Assembly (NCBI GenBank): GCA_964016885.1
Contig: OZ024740.1
Coordinates: forward strand, 192,696,001-192,760,000
Length of the DNA stretch: 64,000 bases
Source of the DNA: Eledone cirrhosa
Taxonomy: Eukaryota
Reading direction: 5' to 3'
A program made the translations under genes and the position numbers. Below are positions 56,232 through 64,000 of this stretch, one piece after another; position 1 is the first letter of the stretch; every line of letters starts with the position of its first letter. The notes under the pieces were generated by a model. That model saw only the letters and a list, made by a program, of their open reading frames with translations, did no database searches and was not told where the DNA came from.

Positions 56232-57208
56232 AGGAACACCAACATTTTCATTGCAGCAACACATAACATACGGTTGGTTGGGGATTTATCTGAAGATTCG
56301 GAATATCAAATGTTATCTCATATGTTGATCTGATACATTTGATCGGGTTATTAAAAACTGGGTAATCCAAATTGATGATCCTCATTAATTCAACAAAGAA
56401 TAAAATTATCTCTGACCGTGAGATATTCTGTGCTGAATTCAGAAGTTGCTAATCAACTAAAAGGATTACAACATAAAAGAGTATCTGTATTTGTCAAACA
56501 ACACATATGTTAAAAATCATTTGTCTGAGACGCATCAAAATTATTTATTTTTTGTAAAAATTCAGGAATTATTGAAAATTATCTTCAGTAATGGTCAATG
56601 ATTTGCAAAATATGTCTAACATTCTACATACTGGTTTCTACTATATTTTTAACATTCGTTTACACATTCCCAAAAGAAATTATCTTTGAAAAAAGTAAAA
56701 GCTAAACAAAAGATGATTTTGTATTCCTTCTTACAATGCACCAATGGGAGAATATTAACTTGGTATTTATTTGCATGAAATCTTCCACAAATCTCGTCCT
56801 GTCAACTAAAAAGAAAAAGGATAAATTTCACATGTCTAAACGAAAGTGTAGTTATTTTCCAAATATATCAAGGTATGTTTTCTAGGCATACTAATTTTTT
56901 TAAATTTTAGTAACAATTTAGATATACATGAAATGTATCTTCAGAAACTTTCCACGTCCTGGAAAATATGTCTAATTTTAAATCATGAACTAGATTTAGT
57001 TATTTATATCAAATACATTAATAAGAATCATTGATTGTAAATATTAACCCGTATTAATTCGGCGCATCCTGTGGGAATCTACCAGGTTCCAAGATTTTGT
57101 GGGTTATCCATTTATTTATTTCTCTTAGAAATCTAGCCAATTATTCCAAATTGCGTACAGTGAATTTGTAATTTACAATATAAGAAATAATTTCTGGCGT
57201 AATATAAT

Positions 57209-57389
57209 TGTTTCTAATTTAGGCAGAAAGCCAGCAATTACACAGTGCATTACTGGTACTTTATTTTATCGACCCCGTAAGGATGAAAGGCAAAGTTAAC
57301 CTCGGCGGGATTTGAACTCAGAATGGAAAGGGCCGTAACTCTAAGCTGCAAAGCATGGCGTCAGACCCTCTACGGATACTGCTAATTCA
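57209..57389 (-). mobile_element. SINE with 15-bp target-site duplication
   Basis: CTGGCGTAATATAAT at 57194-57208 and 57390-57404. Confidence 0.9.
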
Positions 57390-57509
57390 CTGGCGTAATA
57401 TAATAAAAGCTAATTATGATAATTTTAATGATATAGCCTGGAAATAAATGCCCTAGATGTTTTTACCAAATTTATTATATCAGGCACACACGTCCAAATA
57501 CAGTTGTAC

Positions 57510-57745
57510 TGAGGTATGTACGACCAAATCAAAACTATGCATATCATACTCAGCAGATCAATACCAGGCATTGACTGTGCTGGTCACCATTAAAACCACT
57601 GACGTCCACGGTCTCAAGCCTGCCATCTGCTTCCATCAAATACGGACATCTGTACCACATCTGAATAAAGACCTCCGCAGGTTGTTCACTGGTTGTTCTT
57701 GGTGACAAGTCTTTTGCCATCATCTTATCCACAGGATGCTGTCCA
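57510..57745 (-). mobile_element. Possible decayed RTE-like 3' end
   Basis: GC-richer patch resembling RTE tails ('..atggcaggcttgagaccgtggacgtcagtgg..'). Weak. Confidence 0.35.
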
Positions 57746-57965
57746 ACAAAGAATGTAGAGTTTATCCTCTCAGATTTGTCTTTTGTTTTTCCCAATTGAT
57801 TTTCATTGTATTCATTTTTGTTATTTCTATTATGAATATATTTGTATTTGTTTCCTCAATAAAATTACTTACAGTTTTCTTCTATTCAATCTATGCTATT
57901 GTAATTACAACTAGTAAAAATACATTATTTGTCACTGAATGTATGTACAACAGTTTTATTTCCAG

Positions 57966-58440
57966 ATAAAGAGAGATCAATTTACTTCCTAAGCAGCTTT
58001 TTCCTAAAGCACTACAAATATTCTTTAAATATAACCAATTAAACAACTGGTATCAATAACATTATATTCCACAACTTTACGCACGATTTGTGTTTCTAAT
58101 TACAAATATACAAATATACAAAATGCAATATATTCTTTCTTGTTTAACTTTTTCGGAATTATTTTCAATGTGTTTATTCCACTTTTAACATCTGCTGTAT
58201 GTAAAGTAATACAAAAACGTAAATGGAAGGTACAAAACTCCAATGTGCAGTTTACATTTATCAAACAAAAGTCAGTAAACAAAAATGCTCATCCGATACT
58301 AACCTACGTATTATCAAATATCTATGACTCGTTTATAATTTAAATACATAAAGATTGCTCGGTCTTTACTTTAATATGTGTATCATGCGATTTATTTAAA
58401 AGATACGTATGATACTATAAAGTGGGTTTCTACTGTAATT
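57966..58440 (+). pseudogene. Decayed coding segment, paralog 1 (unidentified protein)
   Basis: Aligns to 59936-60380 with synonymous-type differences in the plus frame: PILTYVLSNIYDSFII versus PTLNYVLTNIYTSFII. Confidence 0.45.
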
Positions 58441-59935
58441 GTTTGTTTTCGAATTGCCAACAGAATTTACATTTTAATGAAAAGAAAAGAGACACTGCGC
58501 ATGCAACAAATACTGGCCAAACCTCCATAAAATAATTCCGTATTACTTTAATTAAGAATTTATTTCTAGTGTCAACACAAACATGGTGATTGCAGAGTAA
58601 CGTTATTTTTCCAAATACGTTTAAACTATTTTAAGAGAAATATTGGTTATTTTACTTATTTTAGTGCATGAAAACTATCTCATGAAATGGTCAATGTTCT
58701 GTAAATTATGTCGTATGCAAAATAATGAATTTCAAATTATTATTAAATTTATATTCTCTAATAAAATATTGTAATTGCAACTATTAACTTACAATATAAA
58801 TTGGATCATAATTATAATAAATCTTACGCCCGAAGAACGTTGGTGAGGTAGAATATTATCGCTTTGTTTCATTCCTTTACAAAGAAAGATTATTTGTAAA
58901 GCTGGGTTGTTAGTCTAATAATATTTCTACACAATTATTAACTAGACATTTCTGTAATTAATTTTAATTGTTATTAAAATTAATTCTTGTTGCAATATAG
59001 GTAAACGTGAATGTAAACTAAGTTAATGATCCCACGTAAAGTATATATTTCCTATACTACATTTTTCAGCAGCTATATATACAGCAGATAAATCTGAATA
59101 ATGTTAAAATAAACAGCTACAACTGAAGCAAAACTATTCTCATCATTCTCAAATGTTAATTAAGTTTTCTAACATCCATCTACTCTATTGTGTTATGAGG
59201 TTACGGTTTCAACGCTCGGTGCTTACAACTATAGTATTGTTTATTCTAAATGAGCACACCACGCCAGTGAAGATAATGATTTCAGATCAAAGTAGAAATA
59301 ACGATCTCAAATCGAGCACCTATCATTTCTATATGAGAATAGCGACTTCATAAGAACCCATGTCGAATAAACCTACATAACTTAATCAGCAAATAATATA
59401 TGATGTAGTCAGAAAGTTTTTATAAGTTGATGTATAAAATATTATTAGTAAAACGAGTCACAGACTTTTCCTCGGTTGCGTGGCTTCTGAAGTCGTAAAA
59501 CGAATGCAATGTTTTATGCAAAATGTGGCATAAAATCTATCTGTCGTATGCAGCGTTGATCGCAGCCATTTGTTACATATGATCGATCGGTGTCATTGCT
59601 GTACGTGGCAATAAGATATGTGTGAAGCTATTATAGAACTTATAATTAATCAAGCAAATTCAAATGATGTTACAAAGTTTCATCAGAAATCTATTGAGTT
59701 TTGTGGAATTTCTTCCCCATCGGTAATCATTTCAACGTTTTCTATTAGTCTACAAACATATCCTAGTTAAATTATTTCATGTCAATCTCATTTTGAAATC
59801 GCTATTCTTGGTTTGAAGTCGTAATGTCTCATTTTGAAATCCTTAACATCACGTTAGACTGCTATATGCTCACTTGTAATTTCAAGTAGTAAGGAATAAT
59901 TGGTCATGTAACTTAAATGAAACGTATATTTCCAG

Positions 59936-60380
59936 ATCTACGCATCGTTTCATAAGCAGCTTTTTCTTAAAGCACAACCATTCTTCTTTAAATATAACCT
60001 ATTTAACAATTATTTATCAATAATCCCCAACATGTTTTCATTTTTGTTTCTAATTACAAATATACAAAATCCAATAGAGATTTGTTCTCTCATTTCATTT
60101 ATTCGAAATTATCTTCAATGAATTTATTCCATATCAAACATCTGCTGTGATTACATTAGTACAAAAAGGCAAATTGAATTTATATAATACCCATTTGTAA
60201 TTTATATTCTCTAAGATAAAACCGAGAATAAAATAATTCCAACCTTAAACTATGTATTAACAAATATTTACACGTCATTTATAATTGACTCAAAGATGGG
60301 TTCATGTATTTCTCAATGTGTATGTTTGCTTAGAAAGATATGCGGATGGCACTGAAACATTGGTGGTTTCTACAGTACTT
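59936..60380 (+). pseudogene. Decayed coding segment, paralog 2 (unidentified protein)
   Basis: KQLFLKA..FFKYN..FLITNIQ..IIFNEFIPYQTSAV..QK is shared with paralog 1. Both follow 'tatttccag'. Confidence 0.45.
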
Positions 60381-61888
60381 TTGCAGGGCAATAGAAAATG
60401 TATTTAAAAGCAGAAATAAGGAGAAAAAATCGCATTCATTTATATTCTTCTAACAATTTCCAAAGGGAAAACCTGAATATGGCTTCAGTCATTGACAAAT
60501 ATAGTAGCAAATCCTCACTTAAATCACGTCGTATTCTCTTAATTACAGATTTCTAAATGAAGCTACAGTATAGGCGTGCTTAATCAACTACTTATATGAA
60601 TAAGAGCAATACTAACGATTGCGAATGACTATTTCAGCAAATTATTTTAAGATATTCATAATTACATATTATCAATGTAAACCGTACAAGATAATATGTA
60701 ATCTTGATTTTGGTTTAATGTTATAAAGTCGATATAAAAAGAAAATCACACGACTAAAAAGAAAGTGCACGTGACCCTAACATTACTAGAATGCTGCTAA
60801 CATTTTACACAATTTCTCAACTGAAAATATAATTATCAATGTACAGTATAATCGGAAATATAGCATTTTTTTTATATACTGTTGGGCCAAAGAATATTAA
60901 CAATTATTGTATTTGATAGCTAGACTAATCGTGCTGCCAATGTTATTATATTATGTTTAGCCCAGTTCCGTTTTGTTCAAGTTCTCCTTGTGTATTAAGC
61001 GCGCTTGTCGAAACTTTCTCATTTAATTTTCGGAAACAAGATACCTAGAGCTCCCCATGAAACACATATTTACAAAATTCAGAGTCAGCTTTAAATTAAA
61101 AGATATACATGAAACTGTTCATGACTTGTGTCCATCACGTCTATTATTTCCAGATGGTAAATTTCAAGCGCTACATCACCAACTGATGAATAATTGGCTG
61201 TGATTTTTCTTCATTCGAGCCGCTTGAAAGATTATTTAGGCGTTCGATCATAATTTGGTTTGATGGTATCATTTGGGTATTATTTCAGTTATTTTTAAAA
61301 ACTGACACATTTCTTTGCACTCTAAGAACTTTGATTTGACGCATATCTGTTAAACTTCTTATCGGTAACATGGCTTCTATTTTCTAGATTCACATGTGCG
61401 AACAAAGAAAATCGTAATTTTCTTTTCATCCTTAATCAATACTCATGAGAAAGCTACCTGTCACCAATTACCCCACTCCATAATGTTCAAAGGGGCTACC
61501 ACGAGAGTCTTCTTCAACTGTAGTACAATATTATAGATCGTATCACTTAAACAGGCGATGAGTCATGTATATTAAAACTACTATGAATGCTTTCACCTTA
61601 TCTTCCTCATCACCAGAATCTCCATTGAATTTGTTACCTTTATTTTGGGAGAAACTGAATACTGGCCAAACGATTCTAACGACGTTTTCTGTCTGCTCTG
61701 AATAAAAGATTTCCATATTTCTCGTTTCCGATTGAAACATTAAGTTGTGACAGACGTCAAATTACGATTATTTTGCCTGTTAAAGCTTTCATATTTTCAC
61801 TTTCGTTGCTGTTATCACTTGTTGCCCACGTCTACGGTGATTGACATGTATTATGATCAAAGCTGCTCCCTAGACACTCTGAACCTTT

Positions 61889-61932
<44 letters not shown>

Positions 61933-61984
61933 TTATTTATTTTGCAAGGTTTTTGATATGAAATCGTGTGTCGAAACTAATATT

Positions 61985-62450
61985 GCTATACTTGGGGAGG
62001 GGCATATTGTTGAAATAATATTGCCTGAAATAATTGTTTCTACTTTAGGCACAAGGCCAGCAATTACCCAGTGCATTACTGGTACTTTATTGTATCGACC
62101 CCGTAAGAATGAAAGGCAAAGTCAACCTCGGCGGGATTTGAACTCAGATCGTAAAGGGACGTAACTATGCTGGAAAGCTTGGCGTCCGACCCTCCACCGA
62201 TACTGCCAATTCACCGCCCTTATTTCCTGAAATAATAACAGAACACGCTCGCTGTTTGGGTGGTTTCCGCTTCTGTATCTTTTATATTTCCATAGTTAAT
62301 TTATTTGGCACTCAATGTTTATCATTGATTGACAAACGGTTAAAATTATAAATATAAATATACATATAGAGTCTATCAAAGTTCTTTCGTTGCACATCTG
62401 CAACATCCTCAGTGGTACTATTATGTTCCCTCCTATTCTATTGTATTGTA
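61985..62450 (-). mobile_element. PLE-type 3' tail with hammerhead motif (62375-62415), interrupted by a SINE
   Basis: Minus strand reads ACCA CTGAGGA t GTTGCA-gatg-TGCAAC GAAAG aa CTT tgat. Paralog of 41503-41780. Confidence 0.65.
62035..62220 (-). mobile_element. SINE with ~16-bp target-site duplication
   Basis: tattgcctgaaataat (62019-34) and tatttcctgaaataat (62221-36). Highly similar to the 57209 SINE. Confidence 0.9.
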
Positions 62451-62695
62451 ATGTCTACGCCATTTTTATTTTATTTATTTATTTATTTATTCTTGTCTCC
62501 TGCGCATGCGTTTGCGTTTGTGTATAATGGTTGGTGTGTGTGTTCGCGTTTGAGTGTGTTGTTGTTTTTGTATTCTATCTTTGTTTACTAGTGTCTGTTT
62601 ATATGTGTTTGTTGTTATGGTATATGTGTATATATGTATTTATTTATTTATTTATTTATATTTCCCTTAAGTCAGTATTGTTTGTTTGGGTATGG

Positions 62696-63185
62696 TTGTT
62701 GTTATTACATTCATTTTTTTCTGTTTAAGTTCATTTTTCGTATAGTACTGAACAGGTTTTATTTTTGTCCTTTTAGTTCCCCCCAGTGTTGATCTATTCT
62801 TTCTCTTATTCTTCGAGCTGTCTCACCTATGTATGTCATCGTAATGTTTCTGAAAGTACCCTCTGTACGTCTTATGCTATAGACTACATTTCTAGTTTTA
62901 CAGTTTATCTGGGGGTTCAATTTATATATAATACATTTCTTAGTACAGTGGGTTTCTTAAAGGGGTAAAGTATAGACCAACACTGGGGGGAAATAAAAGA
63001 CAAAAAAACAGTTCAGTACTATACGAACACACCAGTCAAAGATATGACGGTAATATAGACAACATAGAAATTAAAATAATATCTAAACATAGAAATGATT
63101 CAACAGGGAAGCAAATGAGAGAAGCAACTGAGATAGAGATAAGAAGACTAAAGTTAAACAGAAAACATGAATAGAATAACAACGT
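62696..63185. repeat. Nested imperfect inverted repeats
   Basis: 62737-62802 is approximately the reverse complement of 62967-63027, and 62696-62731 of 63151-63183. Confidence 0.7.
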
Positions 63186-63607
63186 GGTTTTTCTCACAGA
63201 TGTGAAAAAAACCACAGACCCTCCATTTCAACTCTACTTATTAAAATCAGAACTGTGAGACCGGTAAAGGAATCAAATAAATATATATATATTTTTTAAA
63301 TAAGACTCCAGTTGCATTTTCGGTTTCATCTTTTTTTCTTTATACATTCACTCGTGTAGGACACCTCGATTATTTTTCATTTTGTAAAAAGATACCCACT
63401 TTCTAATATATATATATATATATATATATGTGTATATATATATCTATATATATATATATATATATACATACAATAGGATTTCACTTCAAGCATAGCTTTA
63501 TATAAATTGTATAGAAATTTCGTATTTCCAAAGAGACACGGTTTTAGGAAGCCGTAGTTATGCAAACACCAGGGCTAACTCCGCCTGGTGGTATCCAGTG
63601 GGACAAC

Positions 63608-63647
63608 CGTATATGCATTTCAGGCCTGACTGGCCTTCTTCAGTACG
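63608..63647 (-). ncRNA. Minimal type I hammerhead, intact core
   Basis: Minus strand reads CGTA CTGAAGA AGGCC-agtca-GGCCT GAAA TGCA TA TACG. Confidence 0.9.
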
Positions 63648-63927
63648 TTACCCACACCGTTTGCGACTGGTGGACTTGAAAACAGTCGAGAATATATAGT
63701 TTGCTCGTCTGTGTAAATGAGGTGATTAACCTCATTTGCATAGGAATCTGCATATGTTGGCTCAATTTATAATAGAAAAGAAATAGGATTTCGCTTCCAG
63801 TATAACTTTATACAAATAAGTATAGAAATTTCGTATTTCTAAAGAAACACAGTTTAAGAAGCCGTAGCTATGCAAACACAGGGGCTAACACCCTCTGGTG
63901 GTGTCTATCAGAAGCAAGGGGGACAAC

Positions 63928-63967
63928 CGTCTATGCATTTCAGGCTTGACTGGCCTTCTTCAGGACG
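63928..63967 (-). ncRNA. Minimal type I hammerhead, intact core
   Basis: Minus strand reads CGTC CTGAAGA AGGC-cagtcaa-GCCT GAAA TGCA TA GACG. Confidence 0.9.
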
Positions 63968-64000
63968 TTCCCTCCAACCGCTTGCGTCTGCTGGGCTTGA

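Larger units (their letters stand above)
63472..64000 (-). mobile_element. Tandem ~310-320-bp repeats each carrying a minimal hammerhead (non-LTR retrozyme-like or tandem pLTRs); runs off the window end
   Basis: Units start at 63472 and 63782 (aataggatttc.cttc). HHRs lie at 63608-63647 and 63928-63967. Confidence 0.85.

Noticed and set aside
61100-61740. Minus-strand 65-aa ORF and following coding-like sequence
   Set aside because: Broken by stops in every frame with no identifiable homology by eye.

Overview
AT-rich, microsatellite-dense animal genomic DNA. The recurring SINE ('...ccgaggtcaactttgcctttcatcctttcggggtcgataaaataaagtaccagt...') and the (TA)n/(TG)n/(GA)n landscape resemble an octopus/cephalopod genome (inference). 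Almost all listed ORFs are translations of microsatellites. The real content is mostly decayed retroelements: three partly intact Penelope-like elements (PLEs; RT + GIY-YIG) plus remnants, an R4/Dong-like fragment in (TAA)n, a Tx1/L1-like fragment in (GATA)n, a CRE-like LINE, RTE tails, many SINEs and DNA-transposon remnants. There is one plausible lineage-specific 191-aa gene and a pair of decayed coding paralogs. The main hidden signal is about 18 hammerhead-ribozyme (HHR) motifs on both strands, found by eye and nearly all just upstream of (TA)n tracts. They include a ~320-nt tandem retrozyme-like array with stem covariation (63.5-64 kb), a second ~319-bp tandem unit whose HHR is flipped between short inverted repeats, recurrent compensatory U3-A8 core variants, and fold-back elements carrying HHRs in both polarities. 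All structures were read manually; no folding, alignment or database search was run.
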